DNA from: a virus
Lineage: Duplodnaviria > Caudoviricetes
Virus record (IMG/VR): IMGVR_UViG_644736323_000003
Location: 1,012-65,011 of that record
DNA: 64,000 nucleotides
Direction: 5' to 3' (one strand)
The notes beneath the pieces were generated by a model. It was not told where the DNA came from and did no database searches. It saw nothing but the letters and a program-made list of their open reading frames with translations. Positions 34,302 through 44,131 of this stretch are shown here, in pieces (position 1 is the stretch's first letter; every line of letters starts with the position of its first letter). The translations under genes were made by a program, and so were the position numbers.

Positions 34302-36071
34302 GTGTCCGATGCACCTCCGAGCCTGTGGGCCTGGCACCAGGCGCGCACCGCGCACCGCCTGCGGCCGGTGCGGATCGTCTGCGTCGGCTCCAGCACCACG
34401 GCAGGGCTGAACGCCACCCAGCCAGACCGCCGGTACGCGAGCGCGCTGGGCCATGCGATCCGGGGCTACCTCGGCACGGTCGGTGGCTGGCACCTGCGCG
34501 GCATCGACCCGGCCTGGTCCACCACGGGCACCACCAGCGACGTGGGGCGCGGGCTGGGCCTGCACTCGCGGTCGCTGGCGGCCGGGGCGACCATGACCAC
34601 CCCGAGCGTGCAGGCAACCGGGTTCACGATCCTGTTCGAGCAGGGTGCCGGTGCGGGCGCGTTCACGTGGGCGGTCGACGGCGGCAGCACCACCACGGTC
34701 ACCCCGGACACCGGCAACTCCCAGGTCCGGCACGACGGCTCGGTGTACGTCTCCGCCGGGTCGCTCGGCGCGCACACCCTGACGATCACGGCGACGGCCG
34801 CCACGGTGATCTCCGGCGTCTACGTCCACAACGGCGACCAGACCGCCGGTGTGCAGGTGTTCAACGCCGGGTCCTCCGGCACCGGCTCGGCGGACTGGAC
34901 CGGCACGGGCGCGCCGATGCTGACCCACCTGTCCCGGATCGCCGCGCTGGACCCGTCTCTGGTGATCGTCATGATCGGCAGCAACGACTCCGGCGGCAGC
35001 GTCGACCCGCGCGGCGCGTACCGCGCGAACGTGCGCCAGCAGGTCGCGCAGATCCGCGCCGCCTGCCCGCGCCGCGTCTCGATCCTGCTCGTGCACTCCT
35101 ACGGCCGCTACGACCTTCCCAACGCCACCTACCGCTGGTCGCAGTACGGGGCGGCGCTCGCCGAGATCGCCGCGTCGACGCCAGACGTCGACGTGCTTGA
35201 CCTGTCCCCGTACTACCCGACCAGCCAGGCTGCGGACGTCACGGACCTGATCAGCGCGGACGGCATCCACCAGGGCGACGAGGGCCACGCGCTCATGGCG
35301 GACCTGATCGCCCGCTACCTCACCGCCCCGGCGGAGCTGGCCTCGGTGCCGTCGTCGCTCGGCGCGCCGGTCGGCGCGCCCCCGGCGACCCTGCCGGGTC
35401 TGATCGCCGCTTGGCGCTCCACCGACCTCGGGAACAGCGCGCAGGCGACGCTGCCGTCGTGGGCGCCGTACGCCGGGTCGCAGTCCGCGCCGCTGGCGCA
35501 GGCCACCGGCAGCAAGCAGCCGAGCGTGGTGGCGGACGCGCTCGGCGCGGGCAGCGGCGTCCCTGCTGTGCGGTTCTCTGGGACGGCCGCGCAGGTCATG
35601 CAGACCGCCGCCTGGTCCGCGACGTACCCGGTGCCGCTGACCGTGCTCCTCGTCGCCCGGCCGGACTCGACCAACTACACCCTCTTCTCCGGCGCGTCCG
35701 GCTCGTACGTGTACCTCGGCCAGTCCGCCAGCCCCGGCCTGATGGCGCTCGGCGCGGGCGCCGCCAGCGAGGCCTACGCGTACACCGGTGCCGGGCGCGC
35801 GCGGGTCTACGGCGTGGTGTTCGCCGGAGCGGGGTCGCGGGTGCTTACCCACGACGGGGACCTGACCGCCCTGACCACCGGCACCGGTGCCGCCGCGAAG
35901 CTCGACCGCTGGACCCTGAACGGCAACTCCACGGCGTCGCTGAACGGCAACTGCGACGTCTACGAGGCGCTGCTGTTCAGCCGGGCCCTCAGCGACCAGG
36001 AGCTGGCGGAGTCGGTGACGTGGCTGGCCCGCCGCTACGGCCTGGACGGCGTGGGCCGCACCAGCCTCTAG
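34302..36071 (+). CDS. SGNH/GDSL hydrolase with C-terminal lectin/LamG-like domain
   Basis: CVGSSTT, NAGSSG, MIGSND, DGIHQ; C-terminal YEALLFSRALSDQE. Confidence 0.8.
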   Translation: MSDAPPSLWAWHQARTAHRLRPVRIVCVGSSTTAGLNATQPDRRYASALGHAIRGYLGTVGGWHLRGIDPAWSTTGTTSDVGRGLGLHSRSLAAGATMTTPSVQATGFTILFEQGAGAGAFTWAVDGGSTTTVTPDTGNSQVRHDGSVYVSAGSLGAHTLTITATAATVISGVYVHNGDQTAGVQVFNAGSSGTGSADWTGTGAPMLTHLSRIAALDPSLVIVMIGSNDSGGSVDPRGAYRANVRQQVAQIRAACPRRVSILLVHSYGRYDLPNATYRWSQYGAALAEIAASTPDVDVLDLSPYYPTSQAADVTDLISADGIHQGDEGHALMADLIARYLTAPAELASVPSSLGAPVGAPPATLPGLIAAWRSTDLGNSAQATLPSWAPYAGSQSAPLAQATGSKQPSVVADALGAGSGVPAVRFSGTAAQVMQTAAWSATYPVPLTVLLVARPDSTNYTLFSGASGSYVYLGQSASPGLMALGAGAASEAYAYTGAGRARVYGVVFAGAGSRVLTHDGDLTALTTGTGAAAKLDRWTLNGNSTASLNGNCDVYEALLFSRALSDQELAESVTWLARRYGLDGVGRTSL

Positions 36072-36087
36072 CGAGAGGGGGCGGCTC

Positions 36088-36474
36088 GTGTCCCGCGCTC
36101 TCCACCCCTGCCCCGGCTGCGGCACCCCGACGAAGGGCACCGGCCGCTGCACGTCCTGCCGCGGCGCGGCCGAGCAGCGCCGCGGCAGCTTCCGGCAGCG
36201 CGGCTACGGCGCCCGCCACGACGGCCGGTTCCGGCTCGGCGTGCTCACCCGTGACCCGCACTGCGTGTGCGCCGAACCCGACCACGGCCACCCGGCGCCG
36301 TGCGGCCAGCCCGCCCGGCACGCCGATCACCACCCGCTCGACCGCCGTGCCCTTGTCGCCCAAGGGCTCGACCCGGACGACCCGGCGCGGGGCCGCGGGC
36401 TCTGCCCCTCCTGCCACTCCCGGCACACCGCCCAGCACCAGCCGGGCGGCTGGAACAACCGCCTCACCCAGTAG
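36088..36474 (+). CDS. Packaging-associated HNH endonuclease
   Basis: CPGC...C; RDPHCVC...HADHHP...RGLCPSCHSRHT. Confidence 0.85.
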   Translation: MSRALHPCPGCGTPTKGTGRCTSCRGAAEQRRGSFRQRGYGARHDGRFRLGVLTRDPHCVCAEPDHGHPAPCGQPARHADHHPLDRRALVAQGLDPDDPARGRGLCPSCHSRHTAQHQPGGWNNRLTQ

Positions 36475-36484
36475 GGAGCACCTG

Positions 36485-36760
36485 ATGGACGAGACCCCGC
36501 ACCCCCGGTCCGCGACCTCGATCGAGGCCCGCTGCCCGGACTGCACCGCGTCCCTGCGCATCCCGGTCCTGCTGTCCGGCCTGCGTCGGGGCGAGAGCGG
36601 CGACCGCCAGCTGGTGCTCACGGTGCAGGACCCGGTGTTCGAGCCGTACATCCGCCAGCACCTCCAGCTCTCGGCGCACCCGCGCCTGGCCGAGGAGCTG
36701 GGTGAGGACTGGCGGTACGACGACCGCGAGCAGGTGACAGAGCAGGCGGACAAGCGGTGA
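36485..36760 (+). CDS. Hypothetical protein
   Basis: GGGAG RBS; CPDC. Confidence 0.55.
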   Translation: MDETPHPRSATSIEARCPDCTASLRIPVLLSGLRRGESGDRQLVLTVQDPVFEPYIRQHLQLSAHPRLAEELGEDWRYDDREQVTEQADKR

Positions 36761-37176
36761 TCGCACCCCAGAACTTCCGGGTCATCGGGGAGATGACCAC
36801 GGAGACCGAGATGTACATTCCGGTCTCCGGTCCGCGCCACCGCGCTGCGCTAGAGGCTGTTTTCAACCCGCAGCCGCCCACCGCAGAGCAGGTGCAGGCG
36901 GCCGAGCGGGCGTCCGAGGAGCGCGAGCAGGCGCGCCTCGCCGAGATGGCCGAGTACGAAGCCCAGCACGCCGACCTGCTCACCATCCACTCGGGCTCCT
37001 CGATCATCACCGCGCTGCTGAACGCCCACGCCCCACAGGCCGAGACTCTCGGCCCCCAGCAGGTGATCCAGGAGTGTGGCGGCTGCCCCGAGCAGTGGGA
37101 CCGGGACTACAGCGGCTCCCTGCGCCAACCGTGGCCGTGTCCGACGTGGCTGACCATCTCCGAGGGGAGTCAGTGA
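36757..37176 (+). CDS. Hypothetical protein
   Basis: Coupled ORF; CGGC...WPCPT. Confidence 0.55.
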   Translation: MIAPQNFRVIGEMTTETEMYIPVSGPRHRAALEAVFNPQPPTAEQVQAAERASEEREQARLAEMAEYEAQHADLLTIHSGSSIITALLNAHAPQAETLGPQQVIQECGGCPEQWDRDYSGSLRQPWPCPTWLTISEGSQ

Positions 37177-37769
37177 CCACCGCGTGCTCTCAGGGGCACT
37201 CCGTCAGGCCCTGCCCGTGCAGGTGGGAGGCCAGGCCCACCGACTACGGCGCTGTGGTCCTCCCGCTGGGGGACAGCGTGGTCCACTCCGAGACCGACGA
37301 CTGCGTGTGCGGCCCGACCTCCGAGCTGGTGCCCAACCCTCACGGTCCCGACGGGTGGCTGGTCGTCCACCACAGCCTCGACGGCCGCGAGCGCACCGAG
37401 AAGCCGAAAGGGGGAAGGCACGTGCTGATGCCTGCCCACTACCGCAAGCGCCCGGTCGTGATCGAAGCCATGCAGTGGACCGGCACGAACGAGGCCGACC
37501 TGCAGGCGTGGACGGGCGCAGGACGCTTCCACGCCATCGCCCCTGAGGACCGCAGCGACGACCCGGACCAGACCGCCGCGCTGTTCGTAGACGCCAACAG
37601 CGCGTGGCTGGGGATCACCACCGGCGAGTGGGTGCTGCGGGACAGCGCGGGCTTCTACCCGTGCAAGGCCGAGGTGTTCGCGGCGACGTACGAGGCAGTC
37701 GCCCCCGTGGCGGACCAGCGCGTCGACGTGCTGCGCCGGGTGGCCGACGGCCTGACCAGGCTGGAGTAG
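37173..37769 (+). CDS. Hypothetical protein, apparent fusion of two common phage ORFs
   Basis: CVCGP...HHSLDGRE followed in frame by YRKRPVVIEAMQWTG. Confidence 0.6.
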   Translation: MTTACSQGHSVRPCPCRWEARPTDYGAVVLPLGDSVVHSETDDCVCGPTSELVPNPHGPDGWLVVHHSLDGRERTEKPKGGRHVLMPAHYRKRPVVIEAMQWTGTNEADLQAWTGAGRFHAIAPEDRSDDPDQTAALFVDANSAWLGITTGEWVLRDSAGFYPCKAEVFAATYEAVAPVADQRVDVLRRVADGLTRLE

Positions 37770-37772
37770 GAC

Positions 37773-38039
37773 GTGCGGGACCGCATCACGATCCGCCGCA
37801 CCGCGCCCCGGCAGTGGACGGTCCGAGTGCCCGCCTTCGGGTTCGGCCGGGGCGAGACGCTTCAGCATGCGACGCACGGCGCAGCGGTCAGGGCTGCGGA
37901 CCGGCTCATCCACCGGGTGGCGAGCAACGTCGTGTCGGCCGAGTCGGTGTGGCAGCCCACGGACGCGGTGGGCGCGGTGCCCGCGTGGTCCCCGCTGGCG
38001 CAGGCCGGGCGGGAAGGAGGCGGGTATGCGGGTGGGTGA
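37773..38039 (+). CDS. Hypothetical protein
   Basis: Operon position; RBS-like sequence. Confidence 0.45.
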   Translation: MRDRITIRRTAPRQWTVRVPAFGFGRGETLQHATHGAAVRAADRLIHRVASNVVSAESVWQPTDAVGAVPAWSPLAQAGREGGGYAGG

Positions 38040-38299
38040 CGTGCTGGCCGTGCCGGTCCAGCCTGCGATTGGTAGCCAGCTGCGCGTGCTCGGTGGTCGG
38101 CTCGACGGCTTGCTGTTCGAGCGGGTCGGGGACACGTGGTGGTCGCCCCCTGAGGTGTGCTCGTGGCACGACCTGCTGCTGGCGGCTGGCACTGCCGGGC
38201 TGGAGGTGCGTCGTGTGGGGCATGACGCGGACGGGTGATGGGGCGTGCCCCTTGGGTACCCGGTCGCGGTTGCGACACATGATGGGGTCGGAACGGATC

Positions 38300-38440
38300 G
38301 GTATCGGTACGGACCGGTTTCAATTGATCAGAGTTGATCACCCTGAGTGATCAAATTCTACCCCCCAGGGGGGACATCCCAACCGCCCACCAGGCCCCGT
38401 GCCGCGGGTGAGGACGTTTTTCCTCTGTACGGAACCCAGA
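38300..38440. other. Candidate cos/packaging region
   Basis: Non-coding and A/T-richer; three TGATCA; CCCCCCAGGGGGG; between HNH and terminase small subunit. Confidence 0.4.
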
Positions 38441-38496
38441 GTCCGCCGGGCGGCGACACGCGGCCCGGCCCATCCCGACACGGGAGGGTGACCAGC

Positions 38497-38697
38497 ATGA
38501 ACATCCAGATCAGTCCGCTCCTGCTCCCCGAGAACGGCGACGCGTTCCTCGTGGACGTCGAGAAAGGACTGCTCTACCGCGCCGACGCCATCGTCCCGAT
38601 CAAGCAGGTCGGCGAGACCTGGGGACGCGACAGCAGCCGCCCGATCCACCGCAGCACCACCCCGGCGATTCCGGTTGTGCCCGCGGCGGTGCCGTGA
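38497..38697 (+). CDS. Small hypothetical protein
   Basis: GGGAGG RBS. Confidence 0.55.
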   Translation: MNIQISPLLLPENGDAFLVDVEKGLLYRADAIVPIKQVGETWGRDSSRPIHRSTTPAIPVVPAAVP

Positions 38698-39146
38698 TGC
38701 CGCCGATGCCGAAGGCCAGCCCTGCGCGGCGGAACAAGTCGACGACGCGTGCCACGCTGACCCGCGACCACGCTGTCGTCGCCCCGGACCTGCCCGACCG
38801 CGAAGAGGGCTGGCACTACCTGACCGAGCGCTGGTGGGCCGACACCTGGGCCTCCCCGATGGCCCCCGAGTACGACGGCTCCGACCAGCACGGCCTGTAC
38901 ATGCTGGCCGACCTGGTCGACGCCTACTGGCGCGAGCCCTCCCCGCGTGCCCGCGCCGCGCTCGCAGGCGAGATCAGGCTGCAGCGGCAGTGCTACGGGC
39001 TCACCCCGATCGACCGGCGCCGCCTGCAGTGGGAGATCGAGCGCACGGATGAGGCGCAGGACCGTGGGGCGCAGCGGCGCGCGGAGCGGGCCAAGAAGGC
39101 CGCCGAGCCCGGCGCTGATCCCCGGTCGGTGCTGCGGCTGGCGTGA
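38694..39146 (+). CDS. Terminase small subunit
   Basis: WWADTWASPMA...EIRLQRQCYGLTPIDRRRLQWEI; precedes the large subunit. Confidence 0.88.
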   Translation: MMPPMPKASPARRNKSTTRATLTRDHAVVAPDLPDREEGWHYLTERWWADTWASPMAPEYDGSDQHGLYMLADLVDAYWREPSPRARAALAGEIRLQRQCYGLTPIDRRRLQWEIERTDEAQDRGAQRRAERAKKAAEPGADPRSVLRLA

Positions 39147-40756
39147 CCGGGCTGATCGTCCCGCCCTACGACGAGGAGCCGTGGCCGACGCTCGGACCGC
39201 AGGTCGTAGACCTGATCGAGGCCGCGGCGACGTTCGGGCCGGGCGACCTGCGCGGCGAGCCCGCGGTGATCGACGACGAGAAGCGAGCGTTGATCTACCG
39301 GGCGTACGAGGTCTACCCGAAGGGGCACCCGCGCGCGGGGAAGCGTCGGTTCAAGCGGGTCGCGGTCTCGACGCGCAAGGGCACGGCGAAGACCGAGCTG
39401 GCCGCGTGGATCGGGTTCGCTGAGCTGCACCCCGACGGGCCGGTGAGGTGCGACGGGTTCGACGCGCACGGTGAGCCGGTCGGGCGCCCGGTGCGGGACC
39501 CGTACATCCCGATGGTCGCCTACACCGAGGAGCAGACCGAGGAGCTGGCGTACGCGGCGCTGCTGGTGATGTGCCAGGAGGGCGCGGACGGCGACCTGTT
39601 CGACGCGGGTCTGGAGCGGATCACCCGGATCAACGGCGACGGCAAGGCCGTCGCGCTGGCCGGGTCACCGAACGCTCGCGACGGCGCACGCACGAGCTTC
39701 CAGCACTTCGACGAGCCGCACCGGATGACCAGTCCGCGGCTGCTGGGCGCGCACCAGACGATGCTGCAGAACATCCCGAAGCGGCCGATGGCCGACCCGT
39801 GGTCGTTGTCCACCACCACCGCCGGCGTGCCCGGCGAGGGCTCGGTGGCGGAGGTGGAGAAGGGGTACGCGGAGAAGATCGCCGAGGGGCGCACGAAGGA
39901 CGCCACGTTCTTCTTCTTCCACCGCGAGGCCTCGCCCTCCCACGACCTGGACACCGAGGGCGGCCTGCGAGCGGCGATCGTGGAGGCCTCCGGCCCGGCG
40001 GTCGCGGCCTGGTCCGACATCGACTCGATCATGTCGCTGTTCCACCAGGACGACACCGACCGCAGTTACTTCGAGCGGGTGTGGCTGAACAGGTGGGTGG
40101 CGTCGAGCAGGCAGGCGTTCGACCCGGTGCGCTGGGCAGACCTCGAGATCAGCGAGGTCATCCCGCACGGGGAGCCGATCACGCTGGGCTTCGACGGCGC
40201 CCGCTGGCGAGACGCCTGCGGGCTGATGGCCACGCACATCGAGACCGGCTTCCAGTGGCCGCTCGCCTGGTGGGAAAACGTCGACGGGGACGAGGACTGG
40301 GAAGTCTCCGACGAGCAGGTCGACGGCGCGTTCGCCGAGGCGATGGAGCTCTACCAGGTGCGGATGGCGTACAACGACCCGCCGCGGTTCGAGGCGAACG
40401 TCGCGCGGTGGGCAGGCCGGTGGGGTGAAAAGCGGGTGCTGGAGTGGTACACCAACCGCCCGGTGCAGATCGGCAAGGCCATGAGGGCGTTCGCAACCGC
40501 CCAACGGACCGGCGCGCTCACCCACGACGGGAACGAGGCGTACGCCCGGCACATCGCCAACGCGCGCAAGGGCGACCTGCGCGTGCGCGACGACGACGAG
40601 ACCCCGCTATGGACGATCTACAAGGAGCGTCCGGACAGCGTGAAGTTCATCGACTTGGCCATGGCGGGCTGCCTGTCCTGGCAGGCGCGACTGGATGTGC
40701 TGGCCAAGGGCTCCTGGGAGAAGAAGCCTAAGAGCACGATGATCATCCTGCGGTGA
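39143..40756 (+). CDS. Terminase large subunit
   Basis: RKGTAKTE (Walker A), QHFDEPH (Walker B), TLGFDGA...D, KFIDLAMA. Confidence 0.93.
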   Translation: MTGLIVPPYDEEPWPTLGPQVVDLIEAAATFGPGDLRGEPAVIDDEKRALIYRAYEVYPKGHPRAGKRRFKRVAVSTRKGTAKTELAAWIGFAELHPDGPVRCDGFDAHGEPVGRPVRDPYIPMVAYTEEQTEELAYAALLVMCQEGADGDLFDAGLERITRINGDGKAVALAGSPNARDGARTSFQHFDEPHRMTSPRLLGAHQTMLQNIPKRPMADPWSLSTTTAGVPGEGSVAEVEKGYAEKIAEGRTKDATFFFFHREASPSHDLDTEGGLRAAIVEASGPAVAAWSDIDSIMSLFHQDDTDRSYFERVWLNRWVASSRQAFDPVRWADLEISEVIPHGEPITLGFDGARWRDACGLMATHIETGFQWPLAWWENVDGDEDWEVSDEQVDGAFAEAMELYQVRMAYNDPPRFEANVARWAGRWGEKRVLEWYTNRPVQIGKAMRAFATAQRTGALTHDGNEAYARHIANARKGDLRVRDDDETPLWTIYKERPDSVKFIDLAMAGCLSWQARLDVLAKGSWEKKPKSTMIILR

Positions 40757-40766
40757 GGAGGCGTTC

Positions 40767-42191
40767 GTGGACCTCGCCGACGAGGATTGGCTCAAGAGGC
40801 TCATCGCCGCGCACGATGACGAACTGCCCGAGCTGCAGACCCTGAACTCGCACTACGAGGGCACCCAGCCGCTGAACTACCTGCACCCCGAACTACTCAA
40901 CGAGCTGGACGGCCGCCTCCAACAGGTAGTGATCAACTGGCCGCAGTTGGTCGTGGACTGCCTGGATGAACGCCTGGACCTCGTGGGGTTCAGGCTCTCC
41001 GGGTCGGCCGAGGCCGACGCTGGTCTGGAAGAGATCTGGCAGCACAACGACCTGGACTCCCTGTCCCAGCAGGCGCACGTCGACGCGCTGGTGATGCGGC
41101 GCGCCTACTCCGTGATCGGGTCGTCGTCCGAGGAGGGGAACGACCTGCCGCTGGTGACGATGGAGTCGCCGCTGGAGGTGTACGCCGAACGGGACCCGCG
41201 CACGCGCGAGATCGCCGCCGCCGTGAAGCGGTGGGAAGAGGAACTGCCGACCGGGAAGGTCCAGCACGCCACCCTCTACCTGCCGGACAAGACGAAGTGG
41301 TACGTGCGCAAGAACGGCAAGTGGGAGCTGGACAGCGACTACGACGCCGACGAGCACGAGCTCGGTGTGGTGCCGGTGGTGCCGCTGGTGAACCGCCCGC
41401 GGCTGCAGTCCCCGAACGGCAAGAGCGAGCTGGCGGCGATCATCCCGGTGTCCGACGCCGCGAACAAGGTCGCGACCGACATGATGGTCTCCGCCGAGTT
41501 CCACGCCATGCCGAGGCGCTGGGCGTTGGGGTTCGGGCCGGAGGACTTCACGGATGAGAACGGCCGCCGAGTCTCCATGTGGTCGAAGATCGCAGGCCGG
41601 ATCTGGGCAACGCGGAAGACCAAGCAGGACGGCGCCGAGGTCGGCCAGTTCCCCGAGGCGTCGCTGGAGAACTTCCACAAGACCATCCACCTCCTAGCCA
41701 GCATCGTCGGCTCCCTCGGCGCACTCACCCCACAGACGATGGGGCAGCAGAACGCGGCGAACCCCGCCACCGCCGACGCCATCCGGGCAGCGGAGACCAG
41801 GCTGATCAAGCGCGCCGAGCGGCGAATGCTCTCGTTCGGGGACAGCCACGAGCGCACAATGCGGATCGCCGACCGCATCCGCACCGGAGTCTGGCGGCCT
41901 GAGCTGAAACGGCTGGAAGCGCGCTGGAGGGACGCGGCAACGCCCACCATCGCCCAGGCGGCCGACGCGACCGTGAAGCTGCACGAGTCCGGCATCCTGC
42001 CGCTGCCCTTCGCCCGCGAGCGGCTGAACTACCTGCCCGAGGAGATCAGGCTGATGGAGCAGGCGGACGAGAAGGCCGCCCGCACGGAACAGGACAGGGT
42101 GTTCGGCCCGCTCAAGCCCCCGCCGCCGCCCCCTCAGCCTCCTCGCGAGCAGCCGACTGACCCGCAGGTCGCAGCCGAGCAGGCGGCATGA
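40767..42191 (+). CDS. Portal protein (SPP1 gp6-like)
   Basis: HYEGTQPL, VINWPQLVVD, VVPVVPLVNRP, SADAIRAAE-type segment, WRDAATPT. Confidence 0.92.
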   Translation: MDLADEDWLKRLIAAHDDELPELQTLNSHYEGTQPLNYLHPELLNELDGRLQQVVINWPQLVVDCLDERLDLVGFRLSGSAEADAGLEEIWQHNDLDSLSQQAHVDALVMRRAYSVIGSSSEEGNDLPLVTMESPLEVYAERDPRTREIAAAVKRWEEELPTGKVQHATLYLPDKTKWYVRKNGKWELDSDYDADEHELGVVPVVPLVNRPRLQSPNGKSELAAIIPVSDAANKVATDMMVSAEFHAMPRRWALGFGPEDFTDENGRRVSMWSKIAGRIWATRKTKQDGAEVGQFPEASLENFHKTIHLLASIVGSLGALTPQTMGQQNAANPATADAIRAAETRLIKRAERRMLSFGDSHERTMRIADRIRTGVWRPELKRLEARWRDAATPTIAQAADATVKLHESGILPLPFARERLNYLPEEIRLMEQADEKAARTEQDRVFGPLKPPPPPPQPPREQPTDPQVAAEQAA

Positions 42192-43231
42192 CCAGCGCGG
42201 GCACCGCCTTCTACGACGAGTCGGCCGTGCTGGAGCGCCAGGCGATCGCGATGATCCTGGCGCTGTGGGGCCGCGTCGACGCCGCGAACCCGTCCGCGTC
42301 GTGGGTGGGGCTGCTACCCGAGGCGGTGGCGATCCTGGTGGCGGCGCAGACCGTCGCCGCCGAGATGGCCGACCCCTACCTGCTCGACACGCTCGGCGGC
42401 AGCATCGACACCCCGGTCGACCCCGGCGGGATGGTGTCGACCGGGCTGGACGCTCTGCTCTACCTGCCTGCGGCGAACGCCCAGCAGGCACTGTGGACCG
42501 GGATGCCCGCTGCCGCCGCGCTGGGGCGCGCGCGGGCGACGCTGGCGTCGTACGTGCGCACCGCGTCCGGCGACACCGGGCGCCTCGCCTCGGCGGCCGG
42601 GATCGCCGGACGCTCGGACGTCGCGGGCTACTACCGGCGGCTCCGGCTGCCCTCGTGCTCGCGGTGCATCGTGCTGGCTGGGCGGTTCTACCGCTGGTCC
42701 AGCGGGTTCAGGCGGCACAAGAACTGCGACTGCAAGCACGACCCGGTCCAACGACGCGACGACGCGGAGCCACTCGATGTACGCGGAGCCATCGCCTCCG
42801 GCCAGGTGCACGGCCTGTCCAAGGCTGCGACGGCCGCGATCGTGGAGCACGGCGCCGACCCCGCACAGGTGATCAACGCCCAGCGCGGCATGTACATGAT
42901 CGGCGACCTGCAGGCCAGCGCGGTCGGCATCACCCGCCGCGCGGTCGCCGGGGCCCGCATCCTCGCCCGCGACGTCGACCGCGCCCTCGGCCTCGACGTC
43001 CGCAACCGGACTTACACGAACATGACCTTCGACCGCGCCGCCGCGGCCCGTTACGCGGAGCTGTTCCGGCGCGGCAAGACCTACGTGCGCACGACCGCCG
43101 ACGGGCGCCAGCAGGGCTACGCCTACCGGTACGTGCGCACCCCGCGGCCCACACCGCAGCAGATCGTGACCTCGGCGAGTAGCCGCGCCGAGGCCGTGCG
43201 CCAGCTCACCAACTACGGCTACATCCTCTGA
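42188..43231 (+). CDS. Minor capsid / head maturation protein
   Basis: CSRCIVLAGR...FRRHKNCDC; follows the portal gene. Confidence 0.75.
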   Translation: MTSAGTAFYDESAVLERQAIAMILALWGRVDAANPSASWVGLLPEAVAILVAAQTVAAEMADPYLLDTLGGSIDTPVDPGGMVSTGLDALLYLPAANAQQALWTGMPAAAALGRARATLASYVRTASGDTGRLASAAGIAGRSDVAGYYRRLRLPSCSRCIVLAGRFYRWSSGFRRHKNCDCKHDPVQRRDDAEPLDVRGAIASGQVHGLSKAATAAIVEHGADPAQVINAQRGMYMIGDLQASAVGITRRAVAGARILARDVDRALGLDVRNRTYTNMTFDRAAAARYAELFRRGKTYVRTTADGRQQGYAYRYVRTPRPTPQQIVTSASSRAEAVRQLTNYGYIL

Positions 43232-43277
43232 CCTGCGCCGACACGGCGCGGTCGCTCACCCGACACGGGAGATCAGC

Positions 43278-43943
43278 ATGATCCAGCCCGGCTGGAAGTT
43301 CGACCTCGCGCGCCACGACGACGACCCGGCCGCCCCGGCCGAGGACCCGAACGGCAGCACGGAGGACCCGGCTGACCCGCAGGAGCCCTCCACCGAACCC
43401 GACAAGGGCCAGGAAGGCGAGCAGGGGAAGACCGAGAAGAAGGACGGCTCCGCTGACGCCGCCAAGTGGAAGGCCTTGGCGCGCAAGCACGAGGCGGCGG
43501 CCAAGACCAACGCGGCAGCAGCCAAGCGGCTCGCGGAGATCGAGGAAGAGCAGAAGACCGCCGAGCAGAAGCTTGCCGAGCGTGCCGAGGCCGCCGAGCA
43601 GCGCGCCGTGGCGGCCGTCCAGCGCGCCGTGCGCGCCGAGGTCAAGGCGCTCGCCGCCGCCGACTTCGCCGACCCGAGCGACGCTGTCGACGCCCTCAAG
43701 GCCGAGGACTACGTCACCGACGACGGGGACGTCGACACCGGGGCCATCAAGATGCGGCTCAGCGAGCTGCTGGACGCCAAGCCGCACTGGCGCAAGGCCG
43801 AGTCGAAGGGCCCGGCCAAGCCCAAGCCCGACCCGTCACAGGGCGCCCGTGGCGGTGGCACGAAGCCCGCCAACTTCAAGGACGCCTCCCCCGAGGAGGT
43901 CCGGGCGGAGCTGGCCCGACTCGGAGTCAAGACGCGCTCGTGA
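43278..43943 (+). CDS. Capsid scaffolding protein
   Basis: Acidic N-terminus, KWKALARKHE coiled coil, PKPDPSQG; leader WKFDLARHD. Confidence 0.85.
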   Translation: MIQPGWKFDLARHDDDPAAPAEDPNGSTEDPADPQEPSTEPDKGQEGEQGKTEKKDGSADAAKWKALARKHEAAAKTNAAAAKRLAEIEEEQKTAEQKLAERAEAAEQRAVAAVQRAVRAEVKALAAADFADPSDAVDALKAEDYVTDDGDVDTGAIKMRLSELLDAKPHWRKAESKGPAKPKPDPSQGARGGGTKPANFKDASPEEVRAELARLGVKTRS

Positions 43944-44131
43944 TCCACATCGCTGCTCGCCTCGGCGACGGCTCCACCTCCATCGAGGTGACCGGACACG
44001 AGGGCCACGTCCTGGAAGGGCGGGTCTGCGCGGCGGTTTCCGCGATCACCCAGACCGCCGTGCTCGGTCTCCAGCAGATCGCCCTTCAGCACCCGGACAT
44101 CGTGTCCATCGAGATCACTGAGGAGAGTTGA
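43940..44131 (+). CDS. prp: Prp-family (DUF464) cysteine protease
   Basis: IEVTGH(20)E...VC(30)AAVSAITQTAVLGL; sits between scaffold and capsid genes. Confidence 0.8.
   Translation: MIHIAARLGDGSTSIEVTGHEGHVLEGRVCAAVSAITQTAVLGLQQIALQHPDIVSIEITEES

Noticed and set aside
33561-36152. 863-aa minus-strand ORF and similar long antisense ORFs (7603-9588, 21336-23738, 60066-62132, 665-1945)
   Set aside because: Shadow frames of high-GC genes: Arg/Gly/Pro-rich, no motifs, no RBS
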